From: Fidelibacterota bacterium
GTDB lineage: Bacteria > Fidelibacterota > Marinisomatia > Marinisomatales > UBA2128
NCBI GenBank assembly: GCA_046861645.1
Contig: JBHHUM010000048.1
Span: 1-16,966, forward strand
DNA: 16,966 nucleotides
Direction of reading: 5' to 3'
Shown here: positions 9,040 through 16,948 of the stretch, piece by piece
Numbering within the stretch: position 1 is the first letter of the stretch
How the letters are laid out: the number at the start of each line of letters is the position of its first letter
Program-made: the position numbers and the translations under genes
Notes under the pieces: generated by a model
Told to the model about the DNA's origin: nothing
The model's input: the letters and a program-made list of their open reading frames with translations, nothing else
Database searches by the model: none

Positions 9040-9701
9040 CGGGCTCCTAACACACCAAAATAGAAGGCTATGGTGAAGAATCCGGCGGGAATGATAAACC
9101 AGAATAAAACGGCGATAACTTCAATCAAACGGCTGTATTTATTGTACCGAAGGCCGAATGTCTGAAAGGCGGATTGAAAACCGTGGTATAAATGAAACCC
9201 CAGAAGAATCATAGCCACGCTGTACATAGCCGTGATGATAGGATTACCAAAACCTACGGTATCGCCCACCACGATTTCATAGAAATTTGTGCTACTGTGC
9301 TCTGCCTGGAACCAGTACCAAATAGTGGAAAGATGCGTAATGAGAAAAATGAACAAGAGGCTTCCAGTTATGCCCATAGACCGAGAAAAAATGGTTGAAT
9401 TTTCACCAGCTTTGTTTAGGGCATACTTATATGGGGAAGCTTTCTTGTTCTCCGCGGAAAGCTTTACACCAAAGAAAATATGGCCAATGAATATCAATGC
9501 CAACAGGACCTCAATAACACGAACCAGCGGCTTGATGGTTGCCAGAGTATCAACATAAGCATTAAATGTATCTTCACCACCGAACAGCATCAGATTACCA
9601 ACAAAATGAATAACGAGATATAAACAGAGCAACAATCCCGTTGTTGCCATGAGAAGTTTCTTACCAACTGAAGAATTAATAAGTGATTTAAAAGGACTCA
9701 T
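9036..9701 (-). CDS. sdhC: Succinate dehydrogenase cytochrome b558 subunit (single anchor, ~5 TM)
   Basis: [13 protein letters not shown] start motif; four His in TM segments ([40 protein letters not shown]); ATGA overlap with sdhA. Confidence 0.93.
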   Translation of the reverse strand: MSPFKSLINSSVGKKLLMATTGLLLCLYLVIHFVGNLMLFGGEDTFNAYVDTLATIKPLVRVIEVLLALIFIGHIFFGVKLSAENKKASPYKYALNKAGENSTIFSRSMGITGSLLFIFLITHLSTIWYWFQAEHSSTNFYEIVVGDTVGFGNPIITAMYSVAMILLGFHLYHGFQSAFQTFGLRYNKYSRLIEVIAVLFWFIIPAGFFTIAFYFGVLGAR

Positions 9702-9835
9702 TTTATCTGTCGTGAATTGTAGTGAAGCGTGGGTACAAAATTAAAGACTGGATTGCTTATGTAGAAAGATTATAATAAGAGCTTTTTGGCCTATAATTTG
9801 AAGTTATTACGGTTAAGATTTTGGCTCAAACTTAT

Positions 9836-10114
9836 TCAGGCTGCGCGACTGCACAGGTGTACCCAGATTTTCTGGGAGCAGCTGGTCTGAACAGAATCGG
9901 CCGGTTCATGGTAGATCCCAGAGATCAGCGTGACGAGAAAGAGTGGTTTGAACTGATTTCAACCGACAGCGGCATATTTGGGTGCATCGGTATGATGGCG
10001 TGTGATGATGTTTGTCCCAAGGACCTTCCGCTGCTGGAGGTGTTTGCTTACATACGCCGCAAGATGTCCGCTGTAGGGTTCAGCAAGAGAAGAGAAGAAA
10101 CAGCTGCTGTTTGA
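9836..10114 (+). pseudogene. frdB: 3' remnant of a Wolinella/Campylobacter-type fumarate reductase Fe-S subunit
   Basis: SGCATAQVYPDFLGAAGLNRIGRFMVDPRD...GIFGCIGMMACDDVCPKDLPL...AYIRRKM resembles the C-terminal third of FrdB as I recall it. The 2Fe-2S domain and the first three Cys of CxxCxxCxxxC are absent, and the TTG at 9821 has no RBS. Confidence 0.85.
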
Positions 10115-10289
10115 GTAACTGCTGTATAGTGCTCATATTTTCAAGTATGCATGTACTCAAGGCTCTAATGTGACATGGTTTGAAGAGGACTGTAGACCAC
10201 CTAATATAAAAAGCGAAAACTTTAACACTACTGAAATCTTATAGTTGTGTAACTTCTAAATACAATGAAATATTGTGTAAGAAAAAGTA

Positions 10290-10319
10290 TTGATTTTGTC
10301 ATGGGGGGGGGTATATATT
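10290..10319 (+). promoter_or_regulatory. Candidate sigma70 promoter with a G9 homopolymer in the -35/-10 spacer
   Basis: TTGATT (10290-10295), TTGTCAT, GGGGGGGGG (10303-10311), TA, TATATT (10314-10319); spacer 18 bp; AT-rich sequence upstream. Confidence 0.55.
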
Positions 10320-10422
10320 AAACAAGAATACGTAGGGAGTACTGAAGGAATGAGGTTTAGGTATTTTTCAGATATCCTGTCTGTTACCTTTTTGGTTATG
10401 TATTGTTGATAAGGTCATTACC

Positions 10423-11382
10423 ATGAGTAGAGGCATTGTAATAATAATTCAACTTGGTCTATTCTTATTCTGTTGTAGTGAAAACCCTTCCTCAAATGAT
10501 GATAAGTGCAAGGAGGCAGAGTATGAACAGCCAGTAGTACCCCCTGTAGATGAATATCCTGCGTGGAATCCTGATGATTCTATTATTGCATATATCCATA
10601 AAGCTCAGTCAGTTGAAGAGTTAGAGAATGGGTTATATCAGATATGGTTCATTGGGACTGATGGCGAAGATAATCGTTTTTTTCGGGGAGGAACTTACAT
10701 CGACTGGTCCCCAGACGGGAAATGGCTGGTATTTAAATTTAGCCAAATTTACAAGATAAAGGTTAATGGAGATAGTTTGACTCAACTCTCTTTCGAAGGT
10801 AACAACTCCTACCCTGCTTTTAGTTATGATGGTCGTTGGATTGCATATAATAGGTCAGTATGTGAAGGAGATAGCACCTGTGGAATTTGGCTAATAAACT
10901 CTAACGGAGAGGGAAACCGTTTTATTATTGATTATGGCATGTACCCGGCATGGCACCCATTTAGTAACCAAATTCTTTATATAAGGCGAGTCGTAATGGA
11001 AGGAGGACAGGTTCTCGGAGATTCTGTGTATGTCTTTGATATAGAAAACAACGAAAATATGCCATTATTTTTCCTAGAGGGGGATAATAGATATCCGAAG
11101 TATTCCCCCGATGGGGAGAAGATTGTGTTTGTATCAAATGCACAAATTTGGGTTATGGATTCGGATGGTAGTAATCTGATTCAGATTACTACTGAAGGAG
11201 GGTTATATCCCTCCTGGTCACCAGACGGGAGTCAGATTGTTTACCTAAGGTATTCCTTTCCGACTGTGTGTGAATTCAGAGAGTATAATTTGGGTGAAAA
11301 AGGCGATGGAGCCTTGTGGATTATGTTTGCTGATGGGACAAACCAGAGGCAGCTGACATTTATATCAAGCGGAAGGTATTAG
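10423..11382 (+). CDS. TolB-like (PD40) six-bladed beta-propeller lipoprotein
   Basis: Lipoprotein-type signal (GIVIIIQLGLFLFC-C). Six PD40-like repeats: PAWNPDDSIIAY, IDWSPDGKWLVF, PAFSYDGRWIAY, PAWHPFSNQILY, PKYSPDGEKIVF, PSWSPDGSQIVY. No TolB N-terminal domain. Confidence 0.88.
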   Translation: MSRGIVIIIQLGLFLFCCSENPSSNDDKCKEAEYEQPVVPPVDEYPAWNPDDSIIAYIHKAQSVEELENGLYQIWFIGTDGEDNRFFRGGTYIDWSPDGKWLVFKFSQIYKIKVNGDSLTQLSFEGNNSYPAFSYDGRWIAYNRSVCEGDSTCGIWLINSNGEGNRFIIDYGMYPAWHPFSNQILYIRRVVMEGGQVLGDSVYVFDIENNENMPLFFLEGDNRYPKYSPDGEKIVFVSNAQIWVMDSDGSNLIQITTEGGLYPSWSPDGSQIVYLRYSFPTVCEFREYNLGEKGDGALWIMFADGTNQRQLTFISSGRY

Positions 11383-11419
11383 TTTTGTTTGAATGTTAAC
11401 GAGAAAAGGAGGTAAAAAG

Positions 11420-13018
11420 ATGAACTCATTACACAGTTTTTCCAAAACATGTGCGATACTTATGTTACTATTTGCTTTAGCCATTGCACAAGAACCTGTT
11501 TTTGAACAAGAGGTAATTGTCATGTTCAAGCCGGGAGTTGTTGAATTCCCCGAAGGTGAAACTGAAGTACAATTACCCGATGTTGTTTTCACGGCCCCAG
11601 CAATTGAGAATATATTAGAAAGGAAAAGTGCGGAAATTATTGCGAAGGCATTTCCTAACTTCACATTGGATGATACAATTGGTATAGCAAGAACAGGAGA
11701 AATTGTAAAATATCCGAACCTCACCCACGTTTATAAAATTAGGTTTCCACAGGATGTAACAATTGATGAAGTTGCAGCTGAGCTTGCAATTTTTTCCGAG
11801 GTAATATTTGCAGAACGGAACGGTTCAGCTGAACCCGATCTTTATCCTGATGATCCTTATTTTGATAATCAGTACAACCCTGGTCAAGGTGGTTATCAGT
11901 GGAACCTATTGAATACGGGTCAAAATGGTGGAACCTTTGATGCTGATAGCGATGCTCCTGAGGCTTGGGACATGACGACTGGGAGCTTCAATACAAGAAT
12001 AGCTATCATTGATGGCGGTGTTGAAAATTGGCATGAAGATCTTAATGGAAAAGTGTCTGGTGATACCGGTTGGGGATGGGGAGGTCACGGTTTTCACGTG
12101 GCAGGTATTGCGGCAGCAAATACTAACAATAATATAGGCATTGCCGGAGTAGACTGGAATGCACAGATTATATCTGAAAAGATAGTAAATACTGACGATG
12201 CAGGAATATATAGTGCTGTAATGAGCGCTATAAGCAGCGGAGCATATATCTTGAATAATAGCTGGAAATTAACTTATGATGATGGTTCCCCAGGAAGATA
12301 CTCAACAACTGTGAGAATAGCCTTCGCAAATGCTTATAAGAGTAATTTATTCGTTGCTGCCTCTATGGGGAATACAGGACATACAACAAATACAGTTCAA
12401 TATCCTGCGGCGTTTGGTCAGGGCATTACAACTGTAGGAGCAACAACAAGGGATGATGTTAGGTGGTATAAATCTACTTATGGGAATCATATCGACGTGG
12501 TTGCTCCGGGTGACCAAATCATAAGTTGTGTTCCTTATTCTACTTATTTGGGACACTATGATATCCGGTCTGGCACCTCGATGGCTACTCCGCTTGTTTC
12601 TGGTGTTGCCGGGTTACTTCTATCGGAAAACCCAGATCTCTACAACGATGATATTGAGCGCATAATCAGAATTTCTACAGATAAAGTTCCAAGTATGGGC
12701 GGACAAGCGTTTACAGAAGAATATGGCACAGGCCGTATCAATTCTCGTCGAGCGTTAAATTACTTACAGTCACCTTATGTATTAAACCAGTGGACAGCAA
12801 ATAATGGTTATACTTATGGAACGCCCATTGAAGGAAATGCTACTTTTTATGGTTTGGATTTGCCTGTGGATGGTGAATACTGGGCGATACGACATGAGGT
12901 ACGAGAAACAGTTACTTTTCCTCAATCTTTTGCAATAACTCCCCGTGTTTGGGGTAGGGGTGTTGCAACAACCGGTTTTTCAAATGACGATCCTAACTTT
13001 GGCATGAGGTTGGTGTAA
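11420..13018 (+). CDS. Secreted S8 (subtilisin-like) serine peptidase, N-terminal part of a frameshifted gene
   Basis: AAGGAGGT RBS before ATG 11420, signal peptide (AILMLLFALAIA-QEP) and prodomain. Catalytic Asp in IAIIDGGV, His in GHGFHVAGIAAA, Ser in SGTSMATP; oxyanion Asn in ASMGN. Confidence 0.92.
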   Translation: MNSLHSFSKTCAILMLLFALAIAQEPVFEQEVIVMFKPGVVEFPEGETEVQLPDVVFTAPAIENILERKSAEIIAKAFPNFTLDDTIGIARTGEIVKYPNLTHVYKIRFPQDVTIDEVAAELAIFSEVIFAERNGSAEPDLYPDDPYFDNQYNPGQGGYQWNLLNTGQNGGTFDADSDAPEAWDMTTGSFNTRIAIIDGGVENWHEDLNGKVSGDTGWGWGGHGFHVAGIAAANTNNNIGIAGVDWNAQIISEKIVNTDDAGIYSAVMSAISSGAYILNNSWKLTYDDGSPGRYSTTVRIAFANAYKSNLFVAASMGNTGHTTNTVQYPAAFGQGITTVGATTRDDVRWYKSTYGNHIDVVAPGDQIISCVPYSTYLGHYDIRSGTSMATPLVSGVAGLLLSENPDLYNDDIERIIRISTDKVPSMGGQAFTEEYGTGRINSRRALNYLQSPYVLNQWTANNGYTYGTPIEGNATFYGLDLPVDGEYWAIRHEVRETVTFPQSFAITPRVWGRGVATTGFSNDDPNFGMRLV

Positions 13019-13109
13019 TATTATTCCTGGCAGTGTAACTACGACAGGCGCAACTCTTCAAACATATGTTTATAATATCTGGACAATTGACCCCTATGAT
13101 GGATATCCA

Positions 13110-13811
13110 ATGGATGACTTAGGATTTTATCCGACAGAACCTGAAAATGTTTCGTTTGGTTATACAGCCCTCGGAATTCATACCATTCCATCGCCAAATA
13201 ATGTTCAGATCACTCCCAGCGGCCTTAACCCCCTGCTCTCTTGGGATGCTGTTAACATAGATGAGAACGATCTGGATGGTTATCATGTCTATCGCAAGGT
13301 GGGAAGTGAACCGTGGGAACGCATCACCGATGTTCCACAGAATGGTACCACCTATCTTGACACTGAAATTGCTTACGGCAGTAAGTTTGGTGGTATCTGG
13401 ATTCAATATCATGTTACAACCGTGGTAACAGGTGTGGAGTCCGATCCTTCCCAAAACAGAGGTATGTGGGGAGATCCCCTCTGGAGAACAGCTGCCCAGA
13501 TTACACCCCTTCCAGAGGAGTTTGCTCTGCACGCCAATGTTCCCAATCCGTTCAATCCCTCTACTGTTATACAGTATGACCTTCCTGAAGATTCCCGTGT
13601 AACCTTGGTCATATATGATCTGTTGGGAAGGGAGGTAAAATCACTGGTGCTTGGAGAGGTGCCGGCCGGATACCAGATTATAAAGTGGAATGGAATTGAT
13701 GCTACAGGAAAGAGTGTCGCATCAGGTGTTTACATTTACCGTTTTGATGTAGTCTCACTGGAAAGTGAGCAGCGTTTCAGTCAGAGCCGAAAGCTGCTCC
13801 TACTGCGGTAA
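13110..13811 (+). CDS. FN3-like plus T9SS type A/FlgD-like C-terminal sorting domain; C-terminal part of the S8 gene (coding from ~13008)
   Basis: LSWDAV...DLDGYHVYRK...TTYLDT...YHVTTV...ESDPS is FN3-like. FALHANVPNPFNPSTVIQYDLP...IYDLLGREVKSL...WNGIDATGKSVASGVYIYRF...KLLLLR is the CTD. No signal peptide, and the frame is open upstream across the S8 stop. Confidence 0.85.
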   Translation: MDDLGFYPTEPENVSFGYTALGIHTIPSPNNVQITPSGLNPLLSWDAVNIDENDLDGYHVYRKVGSEPWERITDVPQNGTTYLDTEIAYGSKFGGIWIQYHVTTVVTGVESDPSQNRGMWGDPLWRTAAQITPLPEEFALHANVPNPFNPSTVIQYDLPEDSRVTLVIYDLLGREVKSLVLGEVPAGYQIIKWNGIDATGKSVASGVYIYRFDVVSLESEQRFSQSRKLLLLR

Positions 13812-13935
13812 TTCCTTTAGCTACAGAACAAAAAAGTATTAGGGTCTGGATTTTTTCTGTCTTGAGGTCCGGCTGTGGTCTATTTAAATGCCACTTAATG
13901 TCAGGTCAAACAACAACAGCAGCTCAGCTCTCCTA

Positions 13936-14397
13936 TCACCTAGGCTCCAGCCTGTTGAGATTAATGGACCCCCACAGACTTACTAAATAGAGAAATATCA
14001 GCCCATATATAAGGTATAAGAATGGTGAGATGGGTATTCTCGTTATAGCCAAATAAAGAACCAGGATAAGGAAAATTCCCAGCACCCACAGGAGAGAGTT
14101 CCTCGCTCGCCTTGTTCCCATAAAAGTGACCAGCACATAAGCACAGATAAGTAATCCGATTCCGAGTACCCACAAGCCGAAGAAACGATAAATAGTGGTA
14201 AGGTAGTCAGGCAGGTGTGCGTTATGGTTACCGGTAAAGAGTTCCTCGAAACTCAGTTGGAGGGTGGCTTCATTGGCGGCTTGGTCCAAGAGCCACGGTT
14301 CATCCACGATCATCCACGTGATTCCAAGTACTACAGCGGCAAGACCGATAAGGAAGAGAGGAATCCAGGAGAGATTGTGGAGGAGTTTGGGATTCAT
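13936..14397 (-). CDS. Hypothetical integral membrane protein (~4 TM)
   Basis: Four hydrophobic segments with a soluble loop (EPWLLDQAANE...LPDYLTTIYRFFGLW); fills the gap between neighbouring genes. Confidence 0.75.
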   Translation of the reverse strand: MNPKLLHNLSWIPLFLIGLAAVVLGITWMIVDEPWLLDQAANEATLQLSFEELFTGNHNAHLPDYLTTIYRFFGLWVLGIGLLICAYVLVTFMGTRRARNSLLWVLGIFLILVLYLAITRIPISPFLYLIYGLIFLYLVSLWGSINLNRLEPR

Positions 14398-14466
14398 GAC
14401 TGTTGGAAATTGCGAACCGTTGATGAAACTGTCCAGAATTAATTGCTATTTAGTTTACCAATTCTC

Positions 14467-14495
14467 TTGATTTCCCGTTGTTATCCGATTACTTT
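14467..14495 (+). promoter_or_regulatory. Possible sigma70-like promoter for ggt
   Basis: TTGATT (14467-14472)-17 bp-TACTTT (14490-14495). Confidence 0.4.
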
Positions 14496-14534
14496 TCATC
14501 TTAGTTGATACGTTTCACGTCTTTCAAATCCATT

Positions 14535-16073
14535 ATGAAAAATGTAATTGCTGCAGGAGATAAGATTACCGTTGATGCTGCCCGGACTATTCTCGAGGCT
14601 GGCGGAAACGCCTATGACGCTGCCGTGGCGGCGTGCTTAACTGCTATGGTAGCAGAGCCGGCTCTTACCAGCGCAGGGGGGGGCGGGTTCCTGAATGCCT
14701 ACCCGACCTCAGGAAAACCTTGGGTATTCGATTTTTTCGTGGATACACCCAGCGGTAAGATTGATTCTTCCTCCCTTGCTTTTGGTCCTGTCTATGTGGA
14801 CTTTGGCACCGCGGTGCAGGAGTTTCACATCGGACCGGGTTCAGCGGGGGTTCCGGGGACCATCAAAGGCTTGCTTCATGTGCATGACAGGTTGGGCTCT
14901 GTCCCTCTGCGAACTGTTCTGGAACCAGCAATTATAGCAGCTAAGGAGGGGATCACCCTGTCCGAGGCGCAGGCGTATCTATTGACGCTCTTGGAGCCTA
15001 TCATGGGGTACCAGGAAGACGGGCAGCGCATTTTTTTCCGCAATGGGGAGCTTATCAAAGGGGGTATGCAGTTGGAGATGCCCCAGTTTGCCGACTTCTT
15101 GGATGTGTTGTGGAGGGAAGGTAGTGATCTATTTTACAAAGGAGAAGTTGCCAAGCTGCTGTTAGAGAAGATGTCGTCCGGAGGGCTTATCACCCAGGAA
15201 GACCTGGAGAACTATGAGGTCGTGGAACGTGATCCCTTGGTTACATCCTTTGGTGGTTATACAGTTCTTGGAAATCCACCTCCGGCCTGCAGCGGGATGC
15301 TCATCGATTTTACGCTCCGCCTGCTGGAAGAATCAGGCTCGGCAGCGAGTTGTCCTGTGCCGGTATCGCAGGTAGCCGTTGCTTTTGAACTGACGAATGA
15401 TGTACGCCGACATCATCTGGAGGGACATCTCTATGAAACAGACCTTTCAAAACTTTCTGGCAGACCCTTTTTTAGCGAATACCTGCATCGTTTTCGGAAT
15501 ATTCTTTCTTCTCCAGTTGAACAATATGATGAACCAATGGGCAAAGGATCGACCACGCATATCGCTATTCTCGACAAAGATGGAAACGCCGCCAGTGTGA
15601 CGACTTCTAACGGTTCTGGCGGTGGGGTGATGATCCCCCAGACTGGCATCATGCTTAATAATATGCTTGGTGAGGAGGATCTAAATCCCAAGGGGTTTCA
15701 CCAGTACGAGCCCGGTCTCAGGATTTCCTCCATGATAGCTCCCACCATTGTACTGGAGAGTGGCAGACCGGTACTGGTGACCGGAAGCGCCGGTAGTAAT
15801 CGCATCCGTTCAGCCATTGTACAGGTATTAATCAATGCGCTCTGTAATGGGCTGGATATTTCAACCGCAGTAGAAACGCCCCGACTGCATCTGGAAGGTA
15901 ATGTCCTTGATGCTGAGCCCGGATGTTCAGAGCAGAGTCTGCAGTGGTTGGAGAGACGATATGAAGTTCAACGGTGGGCGGAGAAGAATCTCTACTTCGG
16001 AGGTGCGAATACAGTAACCCCAGAGGACGGTCACGGCGATTCACGCCGGGGAGGAAACAGTACGGTATTCTAA
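14535..16073 (+). CDS. ggt: Gamma-glutamyltransferase (T3 family Ntn hydrolase), no signal peptide; alternative start TTG 14505
   Basis: ILEAGGNAYDAAVA, VAEPALTSAGGGGF, GVPGTIKGL, FYKGEVA, GGLITQEDLENY, nucleophile Thr in GSTTHIAILDKDGNAASVTTSNG, TGIMLNNMLG, RISSMIAPT and GDSRRGG. Confidence 0.95.
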   Translation: MKNVIAAGDKITVDAARTILEAGGNAYDAAVAACLTAMVAEPALTSAGGGGFLNAYPTSGKPWVFDFFVDTPSGKIDSSSLAFGPVYVDFGTAVQEFHIGPGSAGVPGTIKGLLHVHDRLGSVPLRTVLEPAIIAAKEGITLSEAQAYLLTLLEPIMGYQEDGQRIFFRNGELIKGGMQLEMPQFADFLDVLWREGSDLFYKGEVAKLLLEKMSSGGLITQEDLENYEVVERDPLVTSFGGYTVLGNPPPACSGMLIDFTLRLLEESGSAASCPVPVSQVAVAFELTNDVRRHHLEGHLYETDLSKLSGRPFFSEYLHRFRNILSSPVEQYDEPMGKGSTTHIAILDKDGNAASVTTSNGSGGGVMIPQTGIMLNNMLGEEDLNPKGFHQYEPGLRISSMIAPTIVLESGRPVLVTGSAGSNRIRSAIVQVLINALCNGLDISTAVETPRLHLEGNVLDAEPGCSEQSLQWLERRYEVQRWAEKNLYFGGANTVTPEDGHGDSRRGGNSTVF

Positions 16074-16113
16074 AAGAAGCAGCAATCAGTACTCAATAGA
16101 AAATCGTAAATCC

Positions 16114-16137
16114 ATTCTTCGCTATGCTACGAAGGAT
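16114..16137. terminator. Small hairpin between convergent ggt and puuD-like genes
   Basis: ATTCTTCG / CGAAGGAT 8-bp stem (one G-U) with an 8-nt loop and weak U-tracts. Confidence 0.25.
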
Positions 16138-16150
16138 AAATAATAAATGG

Positions 16151-16888
16151 TCAATCCCCGGCTTCTTCTACTATCCAGCGAAAAAGCCGTAACTGGTGTG
16201 GGTCATCCCGCATCAACTCCGGATGCCATTGCACGGCAATAAATCTTCCCTCTCCATTAACCGGTTCCACAGCTTCAACAAGACCGTCGCTGGACCAGGC
16301 AGTGGCTTTAAGTTTTTCACCCAGGTTACGGATCCCCTGGTGATGCGTACTGGTTACCGGAACAGCAGATTCACGGGTGATATCCAAGAGGAGACTGGTA
16401 TTGTCAATTTCCACAGGGTGAGTGGCGGTGTCGCCATTGTAAGTGCCGTGATCTATATGGCCGGGAAGTTGTGAGGGGATATCTTCGTAAAGTGTTCCCC
16501 CAAAGATGACATTAATGTGTTGTATGCCAGCGCAGATTCCGAGGATTGGTTTGTCTGCCTTCCGGCACGACTGAAAGATTTGACGATCGAACTCTACCCG
16601 GTTAGTGTGCATGGGTTCTTCGCCTTTTAGATCATAGGAACTGCCGCCGTAATATTCAATTGGCAGATCCGGTCCACCAATCATGAGAAGAGCATCAATG
16701 GCATCAGTGGCTTCAGTGATGTCGCCGTGACCATTAGGGTAAGTAAGGATTACAGGAATGCCGCCAGCTTCCCAGACACAATGGCTGTAGGCCTCTTTAG
16801 ACATATGCCACATGCGATTTTCCCTTGGGAAGTAACAGGGGGCAATTCCTACGACTGGTTTGCTTGTATTCCCGTTTTTTGTATTCAT
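16151..16888 (-). CDS. Gamma-glutamyl-gamma-aminobutyrate hydrolase family protein (PuuD-like, peptidase C26, class I glutamine amidotransferase)
   Basis: KPVVGI, EAGGIPVIL, IDALLMIGGPD, nucleophile Cys in PILGICAGIQHINVIFGGTLYEDI, VTSTHHQGI, DGLVEAVE and the His-Glu pair in AVQWHPE. Confidence 0.93.
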   Translation of the reverse strand: MNTKNGNTSKPVVGIAPCYFPRENRMWHMSKEAYSHCVWEAGGIPVILTYPNGHGDITEATDAIDALLMIGGPDLPIEYYGGSSYDLKGEEPMHTNRVEFDRQIFQSCRKADKPILGICAGIQHINVIFGGTLYEDIPSQLPGHIDHGTYNGDTATHPVEIDNTSLLLDITRESAVPVTSTHHQGIRNLGEKLKATAWSSDGLVEAVEPVNGEGRFIAVQWHPELMRDDPHQLRLFRWIVEEAGD

Positions 16889-16919
16889 CCTGGCTGGCTC
16901 CCGCGAGTTTATTGGCGCA

Positions 16920-16948
16920 AATATGGGAAAAATTTAGAAATGAAGCAA
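16920..16948 (-). promoter_or_regulatory. Possible sigma70-like promoter for the PuuD-like gene
   Basis: Minus strand TTGCTT-17 bp-CATATT, then GGGAG RBS before ATG 16888. Confidence 0.4.

Noticed and set aside
6338..9841. TCAGGC at both 6338-6343 and 9836-9841 as a target-site duplication around sdhCAB
   Set aside because: Sequence left of 6338 is not frdB coding, no mobility gene is present, and a 6-mer match is expected by chance.
9821..10114. Remnant as an independent small ferredoxin
   Set aside because: Weak TTG start without an RBS and an incomplete Cys set; better explained as truncated frdB.
10423..11382. Calling the propeller protein tolB of a Tol-Pal system with the exbB/exbD genes
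   Set aside because: It lacks the TolB N-terminal domain and has a lipoprotein signal. There is no pal or tolA, and the motor operon ends in a typical TonB.
13001..13018. Programmed ribosomal frameshift in the S8 gene
   Set aside because: No slippery heptamer, homopolymer or obvious stimulatory structure at the site.
14676..14683. G8 tract inside ggt as a phase-variation site
   Set aside because: It encodes the conserved GGGGF motif and the gene is in frame, so Gly codons explain it.
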